Source of the DNA: an uncultured Nitrososphaerota archaeon
GTDB lineage: Archaea > Korarchaeota > Korarchaeia > Korarchaeales > Korarchaeaceae
Assembly (NCBI GenBank): GCA_964480775.1
Contig: CAYZRF010000013.1
Coordinates: 1 to 32,000, forward strand
DNA length: 32,000 nucleotides
Reading direction: 5' to 3'
Notes under the pieces: model-generated
Seen by the model: only the letters and a program-made list of their open reading frames with translations
Databases searched by the model: none
What the model was told of the DNA's origin: nothing
Shown: positions 23,985-32,000 of the stretch, one piece after another
Numbering within the stretch: the first letter of the stretch is position 1
Layout of the letters: every line of letters begins with the position of its first letter
Translations under genes and position numbers: made by a program

Positions 23985-24737
23985 CTACTCGTATTTTAGA
24001 TCGTCTTTCAAAGCTTGTAGAATCCTGCCCGTTACCTCTTTAACCAGTTTTTCTGCAAAATCTTTGGAAGCAAGCCTTGGATCTCCTATGCCTCCTGTGG
24101 GATATCTCTCTTCGAAGTAAGCCAACACTTTAGTTGAGGGGAGATCTCTTTCCCTGGATGGTCCTTTGTACTCCTGCTCTTTCATCTTCTCTTCTCTAAC
24201 TAGATCTGGTCTAAACAACATTACCATGCTCGTTTCATAGAATCCAGAATGTCCGTAAGGTACTTCCTTTCCATATTCCTTTATCAGGTCTCTAGCAAAC
24301 TCCGTCCAATGGACAAAGTAAGTTTTTAGTCCAAGTTCTCTCTCGATTCTCAATAAAGAGAGTCTAATTGCCTGTATATTTCCTCCGTGAAAGTTCATCA
24401 CTAACAAACGCTTTGCTCCGTGTTTTTTCAAGCTTGAAGCTATCTCAAATATTAGATTCATGTAAGTTTCGTCCTTCAATGTAATAGTTCCTGGGAAGTG
24501 TATGTGATGCTCAGAGAGGCCATATTTCAAGGTAGGAAGCACTACTAATTTAAGATTTTCAGAGTTCTCAGCCAGATATTTAGCCAAATACTCTGCTCTT
24601 ATGCTATCAGTTGATAGGGGGAGGTGTAACGAGTGCTGTTCCAAACTTCCAGCGGGTAGGATCACAAAATCGGCCTCTTTTATGGCCTTACCGGCTTCTT
24701 CAGACGTCATCTCCTCGAGAAGAACCCTCTTACTCAT
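23985..24737 (-). CDS. Creatininase-family amidohydrolase, paralog 1
   Basis: LPAGSLEQHSLHLPLSTD and VMNFHGGN match the creatininase-family metal-site motifs. The ATG at 24737 (MSKRVLLEEM) is preferred over the upstream TTG at 24749. Confidence 0.8.
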   Translation of the reverse strand: MSKRVLLEEMTSEEAGKAIKEADFVILPAGSLEQHSLHLPLSTDSIRAEYLAKYLAENSENLKLVVLPTLKYGLSEHHIHFPGTITLKDETYMNLIFEIASSLKKHGAKRLLVMNFHGGNIQAIRLSLLRIERELGLKTYFVHWTEFARDLIKEYGKEVPYGHSGFYETSMVMLFRPDLVREEKMKEQEYKGPSRERDLPSTKVLAYFEERYPTGGIGDPRLASKDFAEKLVKEVTGRILQALKDDLKYE

Positions 24738-24987
24738 TTCAGAAACCAAATTTTTCCTTAGCCAAAATAATATAATCTCTGCTGGTCAGGATGTGAATAA
24801 TTGCCGGATTTGACTTGGATTTCATCCTTACCCAATACAAAAAACCTCGAAGTTTTCCACCTATTTAATACATGTTTTTAAGACCGAAGGGGTGTAGCTC
24901 GCTCTGTGCCTTGGGAGGGGGCCTTTTGTGAATGGGAATTTGGGTGTGAAAATAAGAACTACGAAATTACAGAAAAGCATCTGGTTA

Positions 24988-25722
24988 ATGAGTTGGAGAG
25001 AGTTTAACGAGAGAATTCGTGATTTAGGTCTTGCTTTCCTCCCAATTGGATGCATAGAACCACACGGTCCGCATCTTCCTTTAGGAACAGACTTCTTAAT
25101 TGCTGAATTCATAGCTAATAAACTGTCTGAGAGAATAGAGGGCTTAGTTCTACCGGTCATCACGTACGGGGTAGTCAGAGGACTTTCAGGATTCCCAGGC
25201 GCCATAAAGATATCACCAGTCGCCTTAGAGGAAACAGTTTACGGAATTTTGAGTTCTCTTGGTGATAATGGGATAAAAAGGGTGATAATAGTCAACGGAC
25301 ATGGTTCAGAGCACCATGTTAAAGCCATAAACAAAGGGATGGATAGAGCATGGTTTGACGGCAAGGTTAGAAGTGCCCTTGTTAACTGGTGGGTATATGC
25401 CAGAAAGATCTCTGATGAAATTTTTGGTGCGTCAGGAGATCATGCAGGGACGGCCGAAACCGCTATGATTGTCGCTATGAACGATTATCTAATAAAGGAT
25501 GGACCTATCAAGGAGGAGGATATCGAGCACCTTAAGTCGGGAATAAGAGCTGTTCCCTGGGGTGGATCTATTCTATTGCATGAAGGGGAGGATATGATAA
25601 TTCCGAACAAAAAAGAAGCAGAGTTCTTTGTGGAGAAACTCTTAGATCGACTAGAAAGTGAAATTCGAGAAATCTTGAACGGATGGACAGTTCAAACTAG
25701 AGCCAAGCTTGAGCGAAAATGA
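24988..25722 (+). CDS. Creatininase-family amidohydrolase, paralog 2
   Basis: LPIGCIEPHGPHLPLGTD and IVNGHGSEHH match the family motifs. The ATG at 24988 (MSWREFNERI) is preferred, and the track ORF begins at GTG 24928. Confidence 0.8.
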   Translation: MSWREFNERIRDLGLAFLPIGCIEPHGPHLPLGTDFLIAEFIANKLSERIEGLVLPVITYGVVRGLSGFPGAIKISPVALEETVYGILSSLGDNGIKRVIIVNGHGSEHHVKAINKGMDRAWFDGKVRSALVNWWVYARKISDEIFGASGDHAGTAETAMIVAMNDYLIKDGPIKEEDIEHLKSGIRAVPWGGSILLHEGEDMIIPNKKEAEFFVEKLLDRLESEIREILNGWTVQTRAKLERK

Positions 25723-25784
25723 GGCGTTTTATCAAATCAAGAACATAGTTATAAACTACCTATCTGTTTAGGCGAGGATACAAG

Positions 25785-26927
25785 GTGGCTCACAGTCAGA
25801 AAGGAGAGGCAAAGGCCCTAACAATTCAGTCGATATATATGCTGGAAAGTGGGGCACTTTCCACTATACTGCCGCTCTTGATGAAAGAAGAGGGCTTGTC
25901 AGTTGGACAAATAGGCATAGTGTACTCTATAGAGCCTATTCTCTTTCAACTAACCAGACTGTTCTTTGGAGCGCTTTCAGACTTTATTGGGAGGAAGCCT
26001 TTCTATGTCCTTAATGGCATAGGAAGCTTTCTTTCGTTCATAGGTTATTACCTTGCAAGGACCCCCATAGGTTTCGCAGCTGGAAGAATACTGAGTGCAT
26101 TTCAAGGAGCCTGTATGTGGGCTGTGAACAGAGCATATCTCCTTGAACAAAGAGGCGGGGGTATGAAATCTCTGTTCAAGCTGAGAGCAATCACTGCCAT
26201 ATTTGGATCAATAGGAAACCTCCTTGCTGGCTTTCTGGTTGCTAGGATATTTTACAAACGCTCCCTGCTAGCCCTAATTCCCTTTAGTGTAGCAACAATA
26301 CTTCTATCTTTAACGTTACCCGAAACCGTAGAGAGGAAGCGACCGGATGTCAAGAAAGTCCTTAGAACAATAGATCCCAGAGGGAGGTGCTCAGGATTCC
26401 TAGAATTCATGGTCCTGTTCTGCATTGCGGGATTCTCGATAGGAATTACTTGGGCATACGTCGTCCCTCTGTTCCTGAAATCCATGGACCTCTCCATTGA
26501 AAGAATAGGGGCTCTGTTAAGTCTTCAGTCGTTAGTCTCAGGCATTACCTTATATTTACTCTCTTCAAAGATAAGCCACAGGAAATTCTTGCTATTATCT
26601 GGCGTGTACTCCTTTCTCGGTGTTCTCGCATTCGGATTTGCAAACAAATCTACTATCCTTCCACTAAGCTTCGTTCTAGGAACGGCATCTGGCGCAATAG
26701 GAGCGGTTCACGAAGCAGTGATTGGAAGAATAGCCAGGGAGGGAAGTTATGGAGCAGATATAGGGCTTCTCATGCTAGGACTACATAGCGGGAACACGGT
26801 TGCACAAGCAATCTCGGGATTCTTGATCTCGGTTGCTGGATATCCGTTTCTATTTTGTCTTTCTGCGGTCGGATCACTCCTTTTCTCGATTCTTGCGCAT
26901 ATAAAGCTTTCAAAAAAGAAAAATTAA
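25785..26927 (+). CDS. MFS transporter
   Basis: The 380-aa ORF has a GTG start and 10 or more hydrophobic helices. The MFS loop motif GALSDFIGRKPF follows TM2. Confidence 0.75.
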   Translation: MAHSQKGEAKALTIQSIYMLESGALSTILPLLMKEEGLSVGQIGIVYSIEPILFQLTRLFFGALSDFIGRKPFYVLNGIGSFLSFIGYYLARTPIGFAAGRILSAFQGACMWAVNRAYLLEQRGGGMKSLFKLRAITAIFGSIGNLLAGFLVARIFYKRSLLALIPFSVATILLSLTLPETVERKRPDVKKVLRTIDPRGRCSGFLEFMVLFCIAGFSIGITWAYVVPLFLKSMDLSIERIGALLSLQSLVSGITLYLLSSKISHRKFLLLSGVYSFLGVLAFGFANKSTILPLSFVLGTASGAIGAVHEAVIGRIAREGSYGADIGLLMLGLHSGNTVAQAISGFLISVAGYPFLFCLSAVGSLLFSILAHIKLSKKKN

Positions 26928-28120
26928 ACTCGAAAGAGAAGCACAGTTATTGTTCCCGACATGATCGTAATGACAGTTACTGGTATAAGGTATCTGTAAA
27001 CCTTGAGCATACTTGCGCCAAAGTACTCGCTTGTCAAAGTGTAGCATGCGTGTAACGGTGAGACGACATAGCCTAATATAGAACAGGTTAGTATAAGTCC
27101 CGTTTCCAAAGAACCTATCGGAATAAGGTTGGCAAGCAGTGGAACTGCAAGAGCTATTGTACCAGTTGGTGTACCCAGCGTAAAACCCAAGATAGATGGT
27201 ATTAGCACTAGCAACAGAACGCTGGGAATGTTGCTCCCACCTATTAGGGATGCAATTGTCTTAGTTACACCAGAAGCTTCTACTGTTGATCTGTAGATCA
27301 TAACTCCAAGCCCTACGAGAATCATCTCTGGCAAACGAGCTTCTTTGATTGATTTCCTAAATTTTCCATCCTTTAACTGTCCTAAGATCAACAAGAATGA
27401 GATTGCTAGCAGAACCCCAACGGTGATTAACCATCTTCTTATGACACCAAACACGGCAACTAAAATTATGGGAAACACAGCCTTTGCGAGTTGCTTCTTT
27501 GAAAAACTTCCTTCCATCCTTCTTGTAGTTTTCTCAAATCCCTTAAGAAGCCAAATTACCTGACCAACGAGAATTGAAGTGAGAAAAACGGGAAGCTGAG
27601 CTATTATCAGGGGTTTAACATCGACTCCAGCCAAGTAAGAAGCCAAGAGTAGCGTAGTACCAACGGGATAAACAAAGAAAACAACATGCCTAAACCAGAG
27701 GTTGATGAACGTCTTTTCCTCGGCATCTAATCCAAGGTCATTACCCACTGCCTCTACAACAGGAGCTGACATCAGGGCCCCTCCTAAAACTGGCAAGAGA
27801 CCGAATATTGCAGGCACCAGTTCCGTTACTAACTTATCACTTGGTAAAGCTTTCCTTAAACCATTCGAAAGCTCCTCTAAGAGACCAGTTACCTTGTATA
27901 TGGATCCTAATAAAGCGATTAAAGCAACTGCTGCCGTCAGCTCAAAAGTCTTCCTGTCGAAGAGAGCTTTTATCATGGTTTGAGCCAAGTCTGGTGGCGA
28001 CATAGATACAAGACCTAAAACAACGGAACCCGCCAAAAGAGCTAGGCCTATCCCAGCTTTTCTAATCACTAAGATGAAGATCAGCGTTAGTGATGTCAGT
28101 AGCCCTATAAGTTCCGACAA
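26924..28120 (-). CDS. Polytopic membrane permease, DUF401-like (ion-transporter-superfamily-type). Substrate unknown.
   Basis: The 398-aa ORF has a TTG start and is hydrophobic throughout (about 10-12 helices), with a two-half organisation. The family call is from general resemblance only. It is on the same strand as, and 160 nt downstream of, the namZ-like gene. Confidence 0.55.
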   Translation of the reverse strand: MSELIGLLTSLTLIFILVIRKAGIGLALLAGSVVLGLVSMSPPDLAQTMIKALFDRKTFELTAAVALIALLGSIYKVTGLLEELSNGLRKALPSDKLVTELVPAIFGLLPVLGGALMSAPVVEAVGNDLGLDAEEKTFINLWFRHVVFFVYPVGTTLLLASYLAGVDVKPLIIAQLPVFLTSILVGQVIWLLKGFEKTTRRMEGSFSKKQLAKAVFPIILVAVFGVIRRWLITVGVLLAISFLLILGQLKDGKFRKSIKEARLPEMILVGLGVMIYRSTVEASGVTKTIASLIGGSNIPSVLLLVLIPSILGFTLGTPTGTIALAVPLLANLIPIGSLETGLILTCSILGYVVSPLHACYTLTSEYFGASMLKVYRYLIPVTVITIMSGTITVLLFRV

Positions 28121-28280
28121 GGACTAACCCAAACCACATCCGGTTTTCCATATGTTTAATATCTTTACTGAAGAGTGTGTTACTCTGGCTGGTTTACTTC
28201 TCTTTTGATAGGTCTTCGAGTAGTTAATGAAATGTCATTTTAGCCTCTAAATGGAATTAATTTGATTTCACATCCGAAGG

Positions 28281-29495
28281 CTAATAAAGCAAAAACGCCT
28301 TTCTTTCCTCTTTAAATTCATCTTCAGAAGCTTTTATCTCCTCATATAGGATGAAAGGATCTGTTCTTTCTTCAAGCGCTTTTCTAACCTTATCTGTACC
28401 AGCAAGACAATCGAAATAATAACCCTGCGCCCCTCTAGGTCGCTTTAACCATTCAAACTTATCAGAATGTTCTCTTAAGACCTCACTTAAGAGACAAAGG
28501 GCAACTAGAAATGGTCTGAAACTATTTCTATCTATTACATGCAGTTGAACGCCTCTGCATTCCTTCCCAGCGTACTTTGAGAAAGTTGGCACAAACCTCA
28601 CTTCTCTGAAAAGCACTCCATCTAGCTTGAGTTCACTTAACCTATTTGTCAATTTCCTTCCATCAATCCACGGTGCTCCTATGATCTCAAAGGGTCTTGT
28701 TGTCCCTCTTCCTTCAGAGAGATTAGTTCCTTCTAAGAGAACCATTCCAGGGTAAACTATTGCTGTTTCCAATGTTGGGATGTTTGGGGATGGCATGATC
28801 CATGGAAGTCCCGTTTGATCGAACCACATGTCTCTTTGCCATCCATCCATAGTAACAACCACGAGGTCAGCTCCTATTTCATGCTTCTTGTTGAAAAGTA
28901 GTGCTAATTCGCCAACAGTCATTCCATGTCTTAATGCTATTGGTAACATACCTACAAACGATCTAAACCTTGGATCGAGGACATAACCTTCAACAGTCAC
29001 TCCATTGATAGGATTAGGTCTGTCTAAAACAATGAAAAGCTTGTTTAGCCTTGATGCAGCCGCCATACTTAGAGCCATGGTCCATATGTAGGTGTAGACC
29101 CTAGTACCAACATCTTGAATGTCAAATAGTAGTGCTTCAACCTCTTCTAAACTTTCTGTTAATGGGGCTCTCGCTTCTGCTGCTAAAATAGAGTCCACAA
29201 CGTATTCTGGACCCTCTGCATGACCTGCTGGTCTATAAAGGCTTTTTATCGGAACTCCTGTATCTTCATCAAATTCATCCTCTACGTATTCACCTGCCTG
29301 TGCAGACCCCCAAAAACCGTGTTCTGGTGCAAAAATTGCGACTAAGTCAATGTTTCCTTTCCGCACAAGGAGATTCTTCAGGTGAATGAGTCTGGAGTTA
29401 ACTGCCGTGTAGTTTGTGATGAGACCAACCTTCATTCCCTCGATCAGGTTTAGCTCTTTCCGAAAAAGAACTTCTAACCCTGACTTAACCGTCAT
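28281..29495 (-). CDS. namZ: DUF1343 / NamZ-family protein (exo-beta-N-acetylmuramidase family)
   Basis: MKVGLITNYTAVNS..., FAPEHGFWG, ALLFDIQDVGTRVYTYIWT, IVLDRPNPINGV..VEG, MTVGELA and GAPWID are characteristic DUF1343 blocks. The start is taken at ATG 29495 (MTVKSGLEVLF), overlapping the nagZ stop by 11 nt. There is no signal peptide. Confidence 0.8.
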   Translation of the reverse strand: MTVKSGLEVLFRKELNLIEGMKVGLITNYTAVNSRLIHLKNLLVRKGNIDLVAIFAPEHGFWGSAQAGEYVEDEFDEDTGVPIKSLYRPAGHAEGPEYVVDSILAAEARAPLTESLEEVEALLFDIQDVGTRVYTYIWTMALSMAAASRLNKLFIVLDRPNPINGVTVEGYVLDPRFRSFVGMLPIALRHGMTVGELALLFNKKHEIGADLVVVTMDGWQRDMWFDQTGLPWIMPSPNIPTLETAIVYPGMVLLEGTNLSEGRGTTRPFEIIGAPWIDGRKLTNRLSELKLDGVLFREVRFVPTFSKYAGKECRGVQLHVIDRNSFRPFLVALCLLSEVLREHSDKFEWLKRPRGAQGYYFDCLAGTDKVRKALEERTDPFILYEEIKASEDEFKEERKAFLLY

Positions 29496-31128
29496 CTCCC
29501 CAAACCTCCGGTATGATCCCATGGCCTCTTTGAAACGTCTCATCTAAGGAGACTGGAAGTCTCCCTTTTGGTTTTGCTTTTCCAATTAGAACGTCAATCA
29601 GGGCTTTCTGCATTGGCTCATGATAATCATATATTGCTAAATGATTTTCTACCCAAGGGAACGAAAGTATATCATAAGGAGTTCCAAGCGAGATTATTAT
29701 GAGGCATTTACCCTTCTCGCTGGCAAGAGTGTGCAGTTCCCTTACTAATTCGTGCTCTTTGGAGTACCTTAGAACCTCTCTCGTGCATACGATGATAGAA
29801 TCAGCCCACGAAATGTGTTTGGTGGATTCTTCTAATATCTCATCAGCTCTTTCTTCTTGGAAATAAATCTCTCTAACATCAAATCCTTCTGATAACATCT
29901 TTTCACCCAATGTTGAGGTACTTTCGCCCGTTTCAACGAGCTTTCTCACTCTCTCTGGACATATAACCAAAACCTTGAGCGAGCCTTTCTTTAGGGGAAG
30001 ACAATCTTCTCCAAGCTTAACTAGAGTAACTGATTCCTTACACACCTTTCTTTCAAGATCGAAGAGTCTTTCAAAGTCAGGCTCTATTCTTTGCAATACC
30101 AAAGCTTTTTTCTTCAGGTCCATAACCCTCTGAAGGGCTTCCTTCACCCTTTCCTTAGAAAGAAGCCCCTTCTTAACAGCCTCTATAACGAAGTCGATCG
30201 CATTCATTTGTTCTTCAAAATCTCTGCAGATTAGAGCCATGTCTTCTCCTGCTTTCAGGGTGAGCAGGCATGTTTCAGCCAACGAATATCTTTTGCTGAC
30301 TGCACCCATCAGGAGATCGTCTGATAAAATAGCTCCACGAAAACCTAGCTCATACCTTAGAGTTCCTTCGATTATCTTTTTTGATAGAGTAGCTGGCATT
30401 TCTGGATCGATTTCTGGTACTACTACGTGAGAAGGCATTATAGCGTCCACACCTTCCTTTATAGCTTCCACAAAAGGAGCGAATTCCCTGTTCCACATGA
30501 CATCTAGGGAGATGTCCAAGACAGGTAGGTCAATATGTGGATCTATTGAGGCAGCCCCTATGCCAGGAAAATGCTTGGCAACAGCCATGACTCCGGATTC
30601 TCGCAGTCCAGCTATCATTGCTCTTCCCATCTTTGACACAAGAGCAGGGTCATCACCAAAAGATCTAACACCTATTGAAGGATTTGTTTTATCAAGTATT
30701 ATGTCCACGACTGGCGCTAGATTTATGTTGACTCCGAGCCATCTTAGTTGCTCTCCAATAGCCCTACCAGTTGAATAAGCCAATTCTATAGAACTAGTTG
30801 CCCCTAAAGCCATATTTCCTGGAAAAACAGCAAAATCTTTCCTTACCCTAGCAACTAGGCCCCCTTCTTGATCAATTGAGACGAGAAGGGGTGTACCAGT
30901 TAGCTCGAGCGAGAGTTCATTGGCTTCAGATATTAACTTCCGTAGTTGTTCCTTTGTATCTACATTTCTTGAGAATATTATTATTCCTCCAGGTCTCAGC
31001 TCTTCCAAAAGGTCCTTTAACCCTTCTTCCATTCTTTTTCCGTCAAAACCGAGCATAAAGAGCTGTCTAACCCTGTCCTCAAGAGACATTTTCGAAACAG
31101 ATTTTATAGGGTCCCAAGCCTGGCTCAT
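29485..31128 (-). CDS. nagZ: Glycoside hydrolase family 3 beta-N-acetylhexosaminidase (two-domain NagZ/YbbD type)
   Basis: The 547-aa ORF has SIDQEGGLVARV, NLAPVVDI, KHFPGIGAASIDPHIDLP and LGFRGAILSDDLLMGA (the nucleophile Asp region), plus a C-terminal alpha/beta domain. There is no signal peptide (MSQAWDPIKSVSKMSLEDRV). Confidence 0.88.
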   Translation of the reverse strand: MSQAWDPIKSVSKMSLEDRVRQLFMLGFDGKRMEEGLKDLLEELRPGGIIIFSRNVDTKEQLRKLISEANELSLELTGTPLLVSIDQEGGLVARVRKDFAVFPGNMALGATSSIELAYSTGRAIGEQLRWLGVNINLAPVVDIILDKTNPSIGVRSFGDDPALVSKMGRAMIAGLRESGVMAVAKHFPGIGAASIDPHIDLPVLDISLDVMWNREFAPFVEAIKEGVDAIMPSHVVVPEIDPEMPATLSKKIIEGTLRYELGFRGAILSDDLLMGAVSKRYSLAETCLLTLKAGEDMALICRDFEEQMNAIDFVIEAVKKGLLSKERVKEALQRVMDLKKKALVLQRIEPDFERLFDLERKVCKESVTLVKLGEDCLPLKKGSLKVLVICPERVRKLVETGESTSTLGEKMLSEGFDVREIYFQEERADEILEESTKHISWADSIIVCTREVLRYSKEHELVRELHTLASEKGKCLIIISLGTPYDILSFPWVENHLAIYDYHEPMQKALIDVLIGKAKPKGRLPVSLDETFQRGHGIIPEVWGDDG

Positions 31129-31134
31129 TATGAA

Positions 31135-32000
31135 CTACCTCTTTACTATGGCACCTACAACGGCATTATGGAATAAGGGCCTAAACTTGAGAAGCATTTC
31201 GTTTTCTCTCGTCGGATGTACTCTGTTTGTTAAAAGGACAACCAATAGCTTCAATTTTGGATCAATCCATATTGATGTACCTGTAAATCCTGTGTGACCA
31301 TATGCCTTCGTAGAAAGCAAGTCCCCGCTTGAAGTTACTCCCCTTGAGTTGATCAGCCAACCAAGACCCCTTCTATACCCCATACCTTTGGTGTGATTCT
31401 TTGTCATCTTCTTTACTGTTGGAGGGCTGAGGACCCTTACATTATTGTACTTCCCTAAATTTAGGAACATTTGGGCAAATATCGCAGCATCAAAAGCTTT
31501 TGAGAAAAGACCTGCATGACCCGCAACTCCTCCAAGAGCGTAAGCTCTTTCGTCATGTACTTCTCCAATTAGGACCCTGTCTCTCCACTTGCAGAATTCA
31601 GTGGCAGCTATTCTCTCTTTAAGATGTTCTGGGGGATTAAACATCGTGTCTTCCATTCCCAAGGGAAGAAATATGTTCTCTCGTGAGAAAACATCCAAGG
31701 GTTTTCCACTGACCTCCTTTACAATCTCTCCCAAAAGTATATAGCCCAAATCACTGTAGATAACCCTCTTTCCAGGTTCACATAGCTGCTCGGAATCTAA
31801 AATCGCCTTGATTATTCCCTCCTTTCCAAGCTTGTGTACTGGCTTAAACGGAGGAAGACCAGAAGTGTGGGTTAGCAGGTGCCAAAGAGTGACTTCCTTG
31901 TAGCGCCACTTTATCTCAGGGAAATAGTCAGCAACGCGTTCTTTAAGGGTTAAAACACCCTTTTCAACCAAAACCATTATAGAAGTAGCAGTCGCCATGA
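31135..32000 (-). CDS. Beta-lactamase-fold serine hydrolase (COG1680-type; AmiE/YbbE-like amidase or D-aminopeptidase-like). The N-terminus lies beyond the right edge of the window.
   Basis: HLLTHTSGLP, YSDLGYILLGEIV (the YxN-type motif) and YGHTGFTGTSIWIDP (the KTG-equivalent box) are present. The SxxK nucleophile motif is expected a few residues upstream of the MATATSIMVLVEKG helix, just outside the window. The stop is 6 nt before the nagZ start. Confidence 0.85.
   Translation of the reverse strand, partial: MATATSIMVLVEKGVLTLKERVADYFPEIKWRYKEVTLWHLLTHTSGLPPFKPVHKLGKEGIIKAILDSEQLCEPGKRVIYSDLGYILLGEIVKEVSGKPLDVFSRENIFLPLGMEDTMFNPPEHLKERIAATEFCKWRDRVLIGEVHDERAYALGGVAGHAGLFSKAFDAAIFAQMFLNLGKYNNVRVLSPPTVKKMTKNHTKGMGYRRGLGWLINSRGVTSSGDLLSTKAYGHTGFTGTSIWIDPKLKLLVVLLTNRVHPTRENEMLLKFRPLFHNAVVGAIVKR

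Noticed and set aside
24889-24922. GGGGTGTAGCTC... looks like the 5' acceptor/D-arm start of a tRNA and might be a tRNA gene or an att-site remnant.
   Set aside because: The downstream sequence (GCTCTGTGCCTTGGGAGGGGGCC) gives no D-loop closure, anticodon arm, T-arm (GTTCRAnn) or complementary acceptor 3' strand. No integrase or repeat partner is nearby. I treat it as a G-rich promoter-region tract only.
1-32000. A search for CRISPR arrays, long direct or terminal inverted repeats, transposases, integrases, toxin-antitoxin pairs and recognisable defence genes.
   Set aside because: None was seen by eye in any intergenic region or ORF translation. The only repeats are short promoter- or terminator-scale inverted repeats. 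A computational repeat scan would be needed to exclude dispersed short repeats.

Overview
The window reads as a chromosomal segment from a thermophilic archaeon. GC is roughly 40-45% by eye and was not computed. The archaeal call is an inference from four things: a substrate-binding protein with a Thr/Pro-rich linker plus C-terminal membrane anchor, A/T-rich TATA-like boxes 20-35 nt upstream of several start codons, KaiC-like and small JAMM genes, and K/E/I-rich proteins with AGA/AGG/ATA codon usage. No marker gene in the window proves it.

I count 26 protein-coding genes, densely packed on both strands. I found no rRNA, tRNA, CRISPR array, transposase or integrase.

Gene content, left to right:
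- An Opp/Dpp-family ABC importer: binding protein, permease B, and a permease C that runs off the left edge.
- A DmpA-family aminopeptidase.
- A 1069-aa GNAT-fusion protein.
- An orphan JAMM/MPN protein plus a Yip1-like membrane protein.
- An MFS transporter downstream of a PyrB-like transcarbamoylase with altered active-site motifs.
- A KaiC-like ATPase with a small acidic partner.
- A GC-rich structured intergenic element.
- A membrane-tethered SagB-type nitroreductase plus a secreted protein.
- A tupABC tungstate transporter.
- A SAM methyltransferase.
- An amidohydrolase-rich block: D-aminoacylase, Ntn class-II amidotransferase-like protein, M20 peptidase, two divergent creatininase-family paralogs, and an MFS transporter.
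- A DUF401-like permease.
- An operon of beta-lactamase-fold serine hydrolase, GH3 NagZ and DUF1343/NamZ, in the same order as Bacillus subtilis amiE-nagZ-namZ.

The most interesting reading is that much of the window is a cytoplasmic salvage island for bacterial peptidoglycan fragments (amino sugars plus D-amino-acid stem peptides) in an organism that should not make murein. This is a hypothesis from gene content and synteny and is not demonstrated. Secondary oddities are the GNAT giant with a duplicated two-domain module, the OppC permease with a large extra membrane domain, the degenerate PyrB paralog, the half-degenerate KaiC-like ATPase, and a roughly 90-nt structured element with mutually exclusive pairings.
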